A model generated the notes under the pieces. The model saw only the letters and a list, made by a program, of their open reading frames with translations, did not search any database and had not been told where the DNA came from. Shown piece by piece: positions 1-10,501 of a DNA stretch of 64,000 nucleotides. Position 1 is the stretch's first letter; each line of letters starts with the position of its first letter. The DNA comes from Candidatus Nomurabacteria bacterium RIFOXYB1_FULL_39_16. GTDB taxonomy: Bacteria; Patescibacteriota; Minisyncoccia; Phycocordibacterales; UBA9973. A program made the translations under genes and the position numbers. Location: NCBI GenBank assembly GCA_001787205.1, contig MFWB01000008.1:101644-165643 (forward strand). Direction: 5' to 3'.

Positions 1-104
1 TATTTTAGAGAAGGGTGATAAATTTAAAGATTTTAATGGAACTGAATATAAAATAGTAAAAGGTGAAGACGGAGAACTTTCTATTCATAAGCACCATTAA
101 ATAA

Positions 105-815
105 ATGAACGAAGAAAATCAAAAAGGCAAAGAACATCCACTTTCTATAGTAATAAACTCGGCTGTAATGATTTTTACCGACCTGGGATTTGAAGTTGTG
201 GTGGGTCCCGAACTGGAAGATGTTTGGCATAATTTTGATGCGTTAAATGTTCCCAAAGACCATCCGGCGCGAGATATGCAAGATACTTTTTATATAAAGG
301 GAGAAGAAGGAAAAGTGCTAAGAACTCACACTTCCAATGTACAGATCAGATATATGGAGGACTTTGCAAAATCGGGCAAAAAACCACCGTTTGCGATTAT
401 TTCAGTTGGTAAGTGTTTTCGCAATGAAGCAACTGATGCGACTCACGAAATGCAATTTTATCAGATTGAGGGACTAATGATTGGAGAAAATATCTCAATG
501 GCAAATCTAAAAGGAGTACTTTCTCATTTTTATAAAGAAGTGCTTGGGGAAGACACCAATCTTCGTTTCCGTCCGAGTTTTTTCCCCTTCGTTGAACCCG
601 CGATAGAATTTGATTTAACTTATAAAGGTAAATGGATTGAAATGGGTGGGGCGGGCATGGTGCATCCGAAAGTTTTAGAAAATTGCGGAATTGACTCAGA
701 AAAATACCAAGGTTTTGCCTTTGGTCCGGGGCTTGAAAGACTTATGGTCATAAAGTACGTAATGCCTGACATTCGGGATGCTTATCATGGCGATTTGAGG
801 TTTAATCAATTTTAA
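105..815 (+). CDS. pheS: Phenylalanyl-tRNA synthetase alpha subunit, short form (class II core only; no N-terminal tRNA-binding arm)
   Basis: Translation contains the class II PheS catalytic motifs (FRNEATDATHEMQFYQIEGL, GAGMVHP, FAFGPGLERL). An in-frame stop lies just upstream of the ATG. It is followed 5 nt later by pheT. Confidence 0.85.
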   Translation: MNEENQKGKEHPLSIVINSAVMIFTDLGFEVVVGPELEDVWHNFDALNVPKDHPARDMQDTFYIKGEEGKVLRTHTSNVQIRYMEDFAKSGKKPPFAIISVGKCFRNEATDATHEMQFYQIEGLMIGENISMANLKGVLSHFYKEVLGEDTNLRFRPSFFPFVEPAIEFDLTYKGKWIEMGGAGMVHPKVLENCGIDSEKYQGFAFGPGLERLMVIKYVMPDIRDAYHGDLRFNQF

Positions 816-819
816 ATAT

Positions 820-2652
820 ATGAAAGTTTCTTATAGTTGGCTACAAAATTATTTTGAAGAAAAATTACCGGAATCAGAAAAAATTTCTGAAGGTATTATT
901 TTTCATTCTTTTGAAATAGAGGAAACTGAAAAGATGGGAAACGATGTAGTTTTTGATATTAAAGTTCTTCCGGATAGAGCACATGACTGTCTTTCGCATT
1001 GGGGAATTGCCAAAGAAATTTCAGCTATTTTTGATTTAAAAATTAAAGATAAAAAATATAAAATTTTTGAACCAAAGCCAACTGAGCTTGAAATTAAAAT
1101 AGAAGATGAAAAATGTCTTCGCTATATGGGGCGAATGGTGAAAAATGTGGAAGTCAGCGAGAGCCCCGCTTGGCTTAAAGAAAAATTAAACGCGATAGGA
1201 CAGAAGTCTATAAATAATATCGTGGATGCCGCTAATTTTATGATGTTTGATTTAGGGCAGCCGATTCACTGTTTTGACCTAGACAAATTAGAAAGTGCAA
1301 AAATTATTGTCCGAAATGCAATTGCAGGAGAAGAAATTAATTTATTAGGAATTGAAAAAATTGGTAATTTGCAAAAGTCTAGATCGGTTTTATTGAGTCA
1401 AAACGATTTGGTTATCGCAGACGAAAAGGGCCCACTAGCTATTGCTGGGATAAAAGGAGGGACCAAGGCGGAAGTGGATAATAATACAAAAAATATAGTT
1501 ATAGAGGTGGCCAATTTCAATTCTGTTACCACTAGAAAAACCGCTAAAAAATTAAATATTTTGACAGATGCGGTAAAGAGATATGAAAACGAGATATCTC
1601 CAGAACTTTGTACAAAAGTTATGGATGCTATTACTGACTTGGTTTTTGAGTTAGGGGGAGGAGAAGTGGAAGACACTATTGATAAATATCCCAAGAAAGT
1701 TGAACAAAAAAAAGTTTCCGTTTCAATAAATTATATAAACAAGCGTTTGGGCGCGAGTTTCTCTAAGGCGGAAATGGAGAGTGTTTGGAAGAAATTGAAT
1801 TTTACATATATAGTCAAAGATGGTGACTTTGAAATTGAAATTCCTTATTTGAGAATTGACCTTACTGGGCCACACGATTTAGTAGAGGAAGTGATTAGGA
1901 TTTTGGGATATGACAGACTTGAAGAAAAATTACCTGAAATTAAATTAGAATCAAAAATGAATGAAACATATTCTAAAATGTTCTTGGCTCGCAACAAGCT
2001 TCTAGGAGAAGGATATTCCGAAGTGATGACTTATACTTTTCGTGATAAGGGAGAGGTGGAAGTCTTAGCCTCCGCTTCCGACAAAAAATTTCTCAGGACA
2101 AATTTGAGTGATGGTTTGAGGGAGAGCCTAAAATTAAACCAGCTTAATGCGCCACTTCTCGGAATGAAAGAAATAAAGATTTTTGAAATTGGAACAATAT
2201 TCAAAAAGGGCGGGGAGGAAATGTGCGTGGCTTACGGAGACAAAAAGGGAATAAAAGAAATGAAACTTAATGAGTATGCGGAATCGGCAAAGTTATTTTT
2301 GAATGGTCTGGCTGGGGTAGGGGACCCAGAGAACCGAGGACCTGAAAAAATGACTTTGCCGATGAAGTTCAAAATGTGGTCTCTGTTTCCATTCATCGCG
2401 CGAGATATTGCTGTATGGGTTCCAGAGAATATTTTGAGTGAAGAAGTAGAAAAGATTATAAAAGAAAATGCAGGAGATATGGTGGTACGAGGCCCGGAGC
2501 TTTTTGATGAGTTCAAAAAGGAAGGACAAATATCGTATGCCTTCAGGTTAGTTTTCCAATCTTTTGAAAGTACTCTTACGGATCAAGAGATAAATGATGT
2601 TATGACTAAAGTATCTGATAAATTAAAAGAAAGAGATTGGCAGGTTAGATAA
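820..2652 (+). CDS. pheT: Phenylalanyl-tRNA synthetase beta subunit (shortened, 610 aa)
   Basis: B3/4 and B5-like regions and a C-terminal FDX-like region are recognisable in translation. Position immediately after pheS fits the operon. Confidence 0.8.
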   Translation: MKVSYSWLQNYFEEKLPESEKISEGIIFHSFEIEETEKMGNDVVFDIKVLPDRAHDCLSHWGIAKEISAIFDLKIKDKKYKIFEPKPTELEIKIEDEKCLRYMGRMVKNVEVSESPAWLKEKLNAIGQKSINNIVDAANFMMFDLGQPIHCFDLDKLESAKIIVRNAIAGEEINLLGIEKIGNLQKSRSVLLSQNDLVIADEKGPLAIAGIKGGTKAEVDNNTKNIVIEVANFNSVTTRKTAKKLNILTDAVKRYENEISPELCTKVMDAITDLVFELGGGEVEDTIDKYPKKVEQKKVSVSINYINKRLGASFSKAEMESVWKKLNFTYIVKDGDFEIEIPYLRIDLTGPHDLVEEVIRILGYDRLEEKLPEIKLESKMNETYSKMFLARNKLLGEGYSEVMTYTFRDKGEVEVLASASDKKFLRTNLSDGLRESLKLNQLNAPLLGMKEIKIFEIGTIFKKGGEEMCVAYGDKKGIKEMKLNEYAESAKLFLNGLAGVGDPENRGPEKMTLPMKFKMWSLFPFIARDIAVWVPENILSEEVEKIIKENAGDMVVRGPELFDEFKKEGQISYAFRLVFQSFESTLTDQEINDVMTKVSDKLKERDWQVR

Positions 2653-2829
2653 ATTTACTTTTATCAAATATATGCTACAATACCCTCGTGAATAATTCAC
2701 AAACAAACAAGCCAAATTTCTTTATTATTAAACTTCTCTCTAAATTAGAAGGCTGATGTTTGCGCTGTAAAAACTCTCAAAACAAAATTACAACCCAAAC
2801 ACTAGCCTTCTAAAGAAAAGGCTATTTTG

Positions 2830-3145
2830 TTCCTTGCGTGCTCCCGGCATTACGGGGGAGAAAGAGAAGAGACGATCATGCCACAAACCGATAGTGCTCA
2901 CTGGCGGAGCAATCCCTGTCTCGTGGACAACTGCCCGACCCCTCCTCTCAAAAGTCGCAGGAAAGGACCACCCAGCTCTTTCCTCTCCCAATCCCCTCAA
3001 GATGAGAGGGAGCAGGAAATCGTCGTCGCCCCCCTTCCTGACGACGTTCACCGTAACTGCAACCACGTCGGCGAGTAGCCGGCTGCAACATCAGGGGAAT
3101 CAGGCCGTCGCGTTCGCGCGACGGCTTTCTCTATTTTTATCCCCA
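2830..3145 (+). other. GC-rich micro-island 1: compositionally foreign segment ending in an intrinsic terminator; may encode a ~66 aa peptide (ATG 2878..3078) or a small RNA
   Basis: GC content jumps sharply relative to the flanks. A perfect 9-bp GC stem (ggccgtcgcg ttcg cgcgacggc, about 3102-3124) is followed by a T-run. Overlapping ORFs sit in two frames. No tmRNA, SRP or 6S signature was recognised. Confidence 0.4.
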
Positions 3146-3193
3146 AAAACTCAATAAATTTTGACTAGTAAATGCAGTAAATATTTGCTATAA

Positions 3194-5287
<2,094 letters not shown>

Positions 5288-5289
5288 AG

Positions 5290-5745
5290 ATGGAACTTAG
5301 TAAAAAAACAAAAGAATACTGGGAAGACCGTGATTGGAAAGACTTGGAAAAAGTGGAAAGTGCGGCAGATTTGTACGCCATTGCCGAAAGAATTATTGCT
5401 CATATGGAAAAGCCATTAGTTCAAGTTTGTGGTCCGGTGGGAACCGGAGGGTTGGGCTCGGTAGAAAAAAATCTAGAAGTTTTCAACGATACGATAATAC
5501 AATTGCAGGGAAAGAGGCTGAATGTTTTTGATCAAATGCCTTTCGAAGATCAAATGCAAAATTTAAAAAAGAAATTTTCAACCGAAAAAGTTGTAAACGA
5601 TATTTTAAATGATTTTTATTTACCTATATTTAAATCCGGAGCTATTTCTGCATTTTATTTTATGCCCAATTGGCAAACATCTTTTGGTGCAAGATGGGAA
5701 CACGAAGAAGCTAAAAAACTCGGTATAAAAATAGTTTATTTGTAA
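5290..5745 (+). CDS. Hypothetical protein (151 aa)
   Basis: Clean ORF that starts 3 nt after the gyrB stop. No family recognised. Confidence 0.45.
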   Translation: MELSKKTKEYWEDRDWKDLEKVESAADLYAIAERIIAHMEKPLVQVCGPVGTGGLGSVEKNLEVFNDTIIQLQGKRLNVFDQMPFEDQMQNLKKKFSTEKVVNDILNDFYLPIFKSGAISAFYFMPNWQTSFGARWEHEEAKKLGIKIVYL

Positions 5746-5754
5746 ATAGAAAAA

Positions 5755-5949
5755 TTATTGAGCTATCTTTTTAGGAACAATAATAGCGGCGATGATATAC
5801 CCGATGATTGCTGGGATGAAGGCTGTCAGGATTGCTATCAATACATAAGCGAGACGTAGCAAGGTGGGGTCTACTTCAAAGTATTCTCCAGTTCCACCGA
5901 GTACCCCAGAAATGATTTTGTTTGTGTCACTTTTATATAATCTTTTCAT
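5755..5949 (-). CDS. PspC-domain small membrane protein
   Basis: ISGVLGGTGEYFEVDPTLLRLAYVL followed by a transmembrane helix matches the PspC domain pattern. Confidence 0.6.
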   Translation of the reverse strand: MKRLYKSDTNKIISGVLGGTGEYFEVDPTLLRLAYVLIAILTAFIPAIIGYIIAAIIVPKKIAQ

Positions 5950-5953
5950 AAAA

Positions 5954-7702
5954 TTATTTTTTATTTTTAATTTCTTCTAAAAACTTTGAGAGTAGTTCTT
6001 CTTTTGACATCTGTCCGAGTTGTCCGGCATCGCGAGATTCTAATGTAACTTTATTAGCTTCTATTTCCTTATCTCCAATGACTATCCAGTAGGGGAGCTT
6101 GTTATTTTTCGCATCACGAACTTTTCCACCCAAATTTGCTTCCTCGTCGTCTAATTCTACTCTGATATTATTTTCTTTTAACAAATTAAATATTTCTTTT
6201 GCGTATTCGTTATGATTTTCTCGCACAGGAATAACTTTCACTTGTACCGGTGAAAGCCAGAGAGGGAAGTTGCCGGCAAGGTGTTCAATTAAAACCGCGA
6301 GAAACCTTTCTATTGATCCCATGATAGCTGCATGAACCATCACAATACGTTCTTGTTCTCCTTTTTCATTAATACAATATAAATTAAATCTCTCTGGCAT
6401 ATTCATATCAAGCTGAATCGTGGCTACTTGATGGTCTCTTCCTATAGCATCTTTGGCTAAGAAGTCTATTTTGGGCCCATAAAATGCGGCTTCCCCAAGT
6501 GCTTCAATGGCTTTTTCTCCATTTTCTTCAATAATTTTTCTTAAAGCATTTTCTGAATTTTGCCACACCTCTTCTGTTCCCAAATAAGCTTGCATGTTTT
6601 TTGGGTCATGGAGAGATAAACGAGGTTTTAATATAAAACCGAAGGACCCATAAAATGTTTTTACTATTTTATAAATTTTTCTCATTTCTTCTCCGGATTG
6701 ATTTAATCTGCAAAATACATGTGCATCATCTTGCGTAATAGAACGCACCCTGGATAATCCTCCAAGTTCACCAGTTTGTTCATCACGATACACTTTTGTA
6801 GTTTCAGCATATGCTTGGGGAAGCTCCTTGTAACTCCATTGTTTACGGTTATAAATTTGCGTATGGTGTGGGCAGTTCATCGGCTTCATAGCAAATACAT
6901 GTTCTTCGCGAGTATTTATTTTAAATAAATCATCCTTAAATTTTTCCCAGTGTCCAGAAGTTTCATAAAGTTCTTTTTTGGTTATGTGTGGAATATCTAC
7001 TTTTACATATCCTGCAGCTTTGCGTAATTCCCACACAAAACCATCCAATAAATCTCTTAATATTGTTCCGTTGGGCGTAAAAAGAGGAAGACCGGCTCCC
7101 ACTAAATCAGAAAAAGTAAATAAATCTAATTCCTTTCCCAATTTCTTATGATCTCTTTTTTCTGCCTCCTCTCTTTGTTTAAGATAAGCATCCAATTCTT
7201 CTTTATTTTCAAAAGCGAGTCCATAAATACGCGTGAGCATTTTATTTTTCTCGTCTCCTCGCCAGTACGCTCCGGCGACACGGTCTAGTTTAAAGGAATC
7301 AGGATTTATTTCCTTGCTTGGATTTTCCAAGTGTCCTCCACGACACAAATCCGTGAATCCTCCGCAGGTGTATACAGTGATTTTTTCTCCACGGTCGGCT
7401 ATTTCATTTATTAATTCTACCTTGTATTCATTCTTGAAAAAGTTTGTAGCTTCTTCTTTAGAAATTTCTTTGTGTTCAAATTCCGTCCATTTGGGCAAAA
7501 TTTTACGCATTCTGTCTTCAATTTTCTTTAAATCGCTGTCCGCCACCTTTTCACCGCAAAAATCAATATCGTAATAAAAACCGTTATCTATTGAGGGGCC
7601 GAGGGTGAGTTTAATTTTATCAAATTTATAAATTTCTCCCACAGCCGCTGCGAGCAGGTGAGCCAAGGTATGCCTTAAATTGTTTAATTTGTCTTTTTCC
7701 AT
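5954..7702 (-). CDS. thrS: Threonyl-tRNA synthetase (582 aa, lacks N-terminal TGS domain)
   Basis: Second additional domain with an HxxxH-type editing motif (LRHTLAHLLAAAV), a class II catalytic core and a C-terminal anticodon-binding domain. Confidence 0.9.
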   Translation of the reverse strand: MEKDKLNNLRHTLAHLLAAAVGEIYKFDKIKLTLGPSIDNGFYYDIDFCGEKVADSDLKKIEDRMRKILPKWTEFEHKEISKEEATNFFKNEYKVELINEIADRGEKITVYTCGGFTDLCRGGHLENPSKEINPDSFKLDRVAGAYWRGDEKNKMLTRIYGLAFENKEELDAYLKQREEAEKRDHKKLGKELDLFTFSDLVGAGLPLFTPNGTILRDLLDGFVWELRKAAGYVKVDIPHITKKELYETSGHWEKFKDDLFKINTREEHVFAMKPMNCPHHTQIYNRKQWSYKELPQAYAETTKVYRDEQTGELGGLSRVRSITQDDAHVFCRLNQSGEEMRKIYKIVKTFYGSFGFILKPRLSLHDPKNMQAYLGTEEVWQNSENALRKIIEENGEKAIEALGEAAFYGPKIDFLAKDAIGRDHQVATIQLDMNMPERFNLYCINEKGEQERIVMVHAAIMGSIERFLAVLIEHLAGNFPLWLSPVQVKVIPVRENHNEYAKEIFNLLKENNIRVELDDEEANLGGKVRDAKNNKLPYWIVIGDKEIEANKVTLESRDAGQLGQMSKEELLSKFLEEIKNKK

Positions 7703-7733
7703 ATATTTTAAAAATTATTAATAAAATTAAAAT

Positions 7734-7990
7734 CGCCCCGACAAAAATGAATGATTTTTCATTTTTGTCGGGGCGAGTCTACTTCGCGGTTCCACCCAAC
7801 TTTGTTCTTTTTATTAAATATTTACAGATTAGCCGTTTTGGTTCTGTTTTAAACAGAATTATGGTTGGTAGCCACAACAATCTCTATATATCCTAATAAT
7901 ATCAAAGACAATTTTTTTGTCAAAGGTTTCGCATAGGTCCAAGTTCTCGTATAGTTTAATTGTATTATTTTCCCAATATCCCCATTTCAG
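7734..7990 (-). promoter_or_regulatory. T-box-like leader or attenuator upstream of thrS
   Basis: On the minus strand, GTTGGGTGGAACCGCG (7785-7800) matches the T-box consensus AGGGTGGNACCGCG. It is followed immediately by an 18-bp perfect hairpin (7734-7775) and a U-rich tract that ends about 10 nt before the thrS ATG. Confidence 0.55.
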
Positions 7991-8007
7991 CCATGGCGTA
8001 AATGGGG
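7980..8007. repeat. Palindromic element copy A (ccccatttcagccatggcgtaaatgggg)
   Basis: Near-perfect 28-bp palindrome. Copy B at 8411-8440 is a perfect 30-bp palindrome with the same arms. The two copies bracket the ORF 8023..8400. Confidence 0.8.
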
Positions 8008-8022
8008 TAACGGTAGTATTAT

Positions 8023-8400
8023 TTGTGTATGAGTCCTAGATTCTATAAAGGTATGCAAGTAAACGCTTTTGGCTTGCCAGTTTTTAAAAATGGTAGAAAA
8101 AGTCGCGCAAAGACAAAAAACAGGAAAAAATCTTTTTATTACACTACCTTCTCTTCACCTTTTGAGAAAAATTCTTCTAAAAATTTAATCGTTATGTATG
8201 ATGTTCCCCATGTACAGAAAAAAGAGCGTGACTGGTTTCGCAGGCATTTAATAAAATTTGAATATATTATGATTCAAAAAAGTGTGTGGGTCGGACCGTC
8301 GCCATTGCCCAAGGAGTTCTTGAATTATTTAGAAGAAATAAAGATAGGGGACAAGTTTAGAACGTTTAAATTGGCGAAGTCTTATACAGGGAAGCTTTAA
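8023..8400 (+). CDS. Cas2-like or VapD-fold small protein (N-terminal extension; the true start may be the internal ATG at 8053)
   Basis: LIVMYDV ... ERDWFRRHLIKFEY-IMIQKSVW ... FRTFKL matches the Cas2 pattern: beta1 YD(I/V), a basic helix, G-R-(V/I)-Q-x-S-V-F, and a C-terminal R-I-Y-K-L strand. Confidence 0.45.
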   Translation: MCMSPRFYKGMQVNAFGLPVFKNGRKSRAKTKNRKKSFYYTTFSSPFEKNSSKNLIVMYDVPHVQKKERDWFRRHLIKFEYIMIQKSVWVGPSPLPKEFLNYLEEIKIGDKFRTFKLAKSYTGKL

Positions 8401-8410
8401 TTTTGATAAA

Positions 8411-8440
8411 GCCCCATTTACGCCATGGCGTAAATGGGGC
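8411..8440. repeat. Palindromic element copy B (gccccatttacgccatggcgtaaatggggc)
   Basis: Perfect 30-bp palindrome centred on CATG. Confidence 0.8.
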
Positions 8441-8541
8441 TAATGAGGTTAATAGAGAAGATTTCATTTTTGTTTATAAACCAACGATTATTTTGCTCAG
8501 TATTTTGCATTTCATCTTTAATATGCTAGGATAAGTCTATT

Positions 8542-8772
8542 ATGGTAGTACGAATGAGACATACAAAATCGCATACGAAAAACAGGCGTTCTCACCATGC
8601 ATTGGAGAGTACGAGTTTTACAAAGTGCGAAAATTGCAAAGCTTTAAAGAGACGCCACACAGTCTGCATTTCTTGCGGTTTCTATCGGGGTAAGAAAGTC
8701 ATAGATTTGATTAAAAAGACTGAAAAAAAGCAGAAAAAGCAAAAGGCGAAAAAAGTGGAAGCAGGTAAATAG
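8542..8772 (+). CDS. rpmF: Ribosomal protein L32 with a Lys-rich C-terminal tail (likely start at 8554, MRHTK...)
   Basis: RRSHHALE ... CENC ... RRHTVCISCGFYRGKKV matches the L32 zinc-ribbon core. Confidence 0.8.
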   Translation: MVVRMRHTKSHTKNRRSHHALESTSFTKCENCKALKRRHTVCISCGFYRGKKVIDLIKKTEKKQKKQKAKKVEAGK

Positions 8773-8849
8773 CGATTAGGCCTTAGGCCCTAGGCACTAG
8801 CATTTTAGAAAAGCTAAAGCCTAAAGCCTAGAGCTTAGCGCCTAAACAA

Positions 8850-9776
8850 ATGGCAAATAGGCACCTTTCAAGATCAATAGTACTTCAGACGCTTTTTGAG
8901 TGGGATTTTAAATCTGACACAAAAAAAGAGGATATTTCCGTGGAAAGCGAGATTAAAGACGCGCTGAAAAGAAATCTAAAAGAGTTTGCCCCCGGTTTTG
9001 AAGACGATGCTTTCGTTTTTTCTCTGATGGACAAGGTGCTAAAAAAGCGCGCGACGATTGACGAGATTATAGAAAAAGCCGCGCCAGATTGGCCTATAGA
9101 TAAAATTTCCGTTATTGACAGGAATATCCTAAGAATAGGATTGACCGAGCTTCTTTTTGGCGACAGAAATGAAGTTCCTCCGAAGGTGGCCATCAATGAA
9201 GCGATAGAATTAGCAAAAACTTTCGGCGGAGAAAATTCGGGGAAATTCATCAATGGCGTCTTGGGCGCGGTTTATAAAGAAATAGGCGAACCTGGCAAAG
9301 AGCAAGTCAGTAAAACAAAAAAGCATGAAGAACCGGTGGACATCACAAAATTGCCGGTTGAGGCGTTGGGTGGCGCTTTGGTTTATACACAAAAAGAAGG
9401 AAATATTTTATTCGCCTTCGTGCATGATGTTTTCGGTTACTGGACTTTATCCAAGGGGAAAATTGAGCCGGGCGAAGACGTGAAAGATGGTACCAAGAGG
9501 GCCATTAAAAAAGAAATTGGACTTGATATTGAGATAGAGATGGAATTGGGGAAGAATGAATATGTGGCGACTCATCCAGAAAAAGGTAAAAGTTTAAAGA
9601 AAGTCGTTTACTTTTTGGCGAAAAGCGAAGACAAGGAGCTAGAGCTTGAAAAGTCCGGTGGATTGGATGGGGCTCGCTGGTTTGAACTGTCAGCCATTCC
9701 GGAGCTTCGCATTTACAATGACATTATTCCGCTTATCAGCAAGGCTATTGAAATATTAAGCGGTAAAAATTTATAA
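8850..9776 (+). CDS. NusB (N-terminal) fused to a Nudix hydrolase domain (C-terminal)
   Basis: Residues 1-140 match the NusB fold (SIVLQTLFEWDF ... DRNILRIGLTELLF ... KVAINEAIELAKTFGGENSGKFINGVLG). The C-terminus carries a Nudix box, GKIEPGEDVKDGTKRAIKKEIGL, which is degenerate: REuxEE becomes RAIKKE. Confidence 0.8.
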   Translation: MANRHLSRSIVLQTLFEWDFKSDTKKEDISVESEIKDALKRNLKEFAPGFEDDAFVFSLMDKVLKKRATIDEIIEKAAPDWPIDKISVIDRNILRIGLTELLFGDRNEVPPKVAINEAIELAKTFGGENSGKFINGVLGAVYKEIGEPGKEQVSKTKKHEEPVDITKLPVEALGGALVYTQKEGNILFAFVHDVFGYWTLSKGKIEPGEDVKDGTKRAIKKEIGLDIEIEMELGKNEYVATHPEKGKSLKKVVYFLAKSEDKELELEKSGGLDGARWFELSAIPELRIYNDIIPLISKAIEILSGKNL

Positions 9777-9793
9777 AATATAAAATAAAACTT

Positions 9794-10489
9794 ATGATTC
9801 AATTTTTAGATTTTGAGAAAAAAACCAAGGTAATTTTTAAAGACAAAAATTTATTAAAACAGGCTTTTATCCACCGTTCATATATAAATGAGAACGGTGC
9901 ATCCTCTCTTTCACACAATGAACGACTGGAATTTCTGGGCGATGCGGTGCTTGAACTCGTTGTAACCGATTTTCTTTATAAAAAATATCCAAACTATACG
10001 GAAGGCGAGCTTACGGCGGTGCGTTCCGCCTTGGTCAATGCCATCATCATTTCGGAAATTGCGGGAGATGTCGGGATGAACGATTATTTGCTTTTGTCTA
10101 AAGGAGAAGCGAAAGATTTCGGCAAGGCCAGGCAATATATCCTAGCGAATACCTTTGAAGCGTTCATCGGAGCGATGTATCTGGATCAGGGGTATGAAGT
10201 GGTGGATAAATTCATCGCGAAGACTCTTTTGCCCAAGACGGAAGAAATAGTAAAGAAAAAGCTTTGGCGTGATGCAAAGTCCCTGGTGCAAGAAAAAGCG
10301 CAAGAATTCGTGTCTGTCACTCCTTTATATAAAGTTTTACACGAATCAGGTCCGGACCACGACAAGCACTTTACCGTCGGCGTTTATTTCGGCGGGGAAT
10401 TAATCACTGAAGGCAAAGGCAAATCAAAACAAGAGGCCGAACAAAGCGCCGCCCTGGCAGCCCTAAAGCTGAAAAATTGGCTGGATTAA
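9794..10489 (+). CDS. rnc: Ribonuclease III
   Basis: RNase III signature ERLEFLGDAVLELVV plus a C-terminal dsRBD (FTVGVYFGGELITEGKGKSKQEAEQSAA). Confidence 0.95.
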   Translation: MIQFLDFEKKTKVIFKDKNLLKQAFIHRSYINENGASSLSHNERLEFLGDAVLELVVTDFLYKKYPNYTEGELTAVRSALVNAIIISEIAGDVGMNDYLLLSKGEAKDFGKARQYILANTFEAFIGAMYLDQGYEVVDKFIAKTLLPKTEEIVKKKLWRDAKSLVQEKAQEFVSVTPLYKVLHESGPDHDKHFTVGVYFGGELITEGKGKSKQEAEQSAALAALKLKNWLD

Positions 10490-10501
10490 ATATAAAATAT
10501 T

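Noticed and set aside
1398-2529. Antisense ORFs inside pheT (1398..1694, 2232..2516, 2293..2529)
   Set aside because: They sit entirely within a well-supported coding gene on the opposite strand and have low-complexity translations. Typical of spurious reverse-frame ORFs.
2827-3157. Track ORFs 2827..3078 and 2834..3157 as confident protein genes
   Set aside because: They are overlapping frames in GC-rich DNA, where random ORFs are long. Only the internal ATG at 2878 has even a weak ribosome-binding site. They are kept as a possibility inside the micro-island feature, not as separate CDSs.
2780-3160. Possible tmRNA, SRP RNA or 6S RNA in GC island 1
   Set aside because: It has no tRNA-like acceptor and T-arm ending, no ANDENYALAA-type tag reading frame, and no AGGUCCGGAAGGAAGCAGC SRP domain IV motif. 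It cannot be assigned from sequence alone.
8773-8850. Odd AGGCC/TAGGC and AAGCCTA tandem tract after rpmF, considered as a mini CRISPR or satellite
   Set aside because: It has no regular repeat-spacer periodicity. It reads as a cluster of short GC palindromes, probably the rpmF 3' hairpin region.
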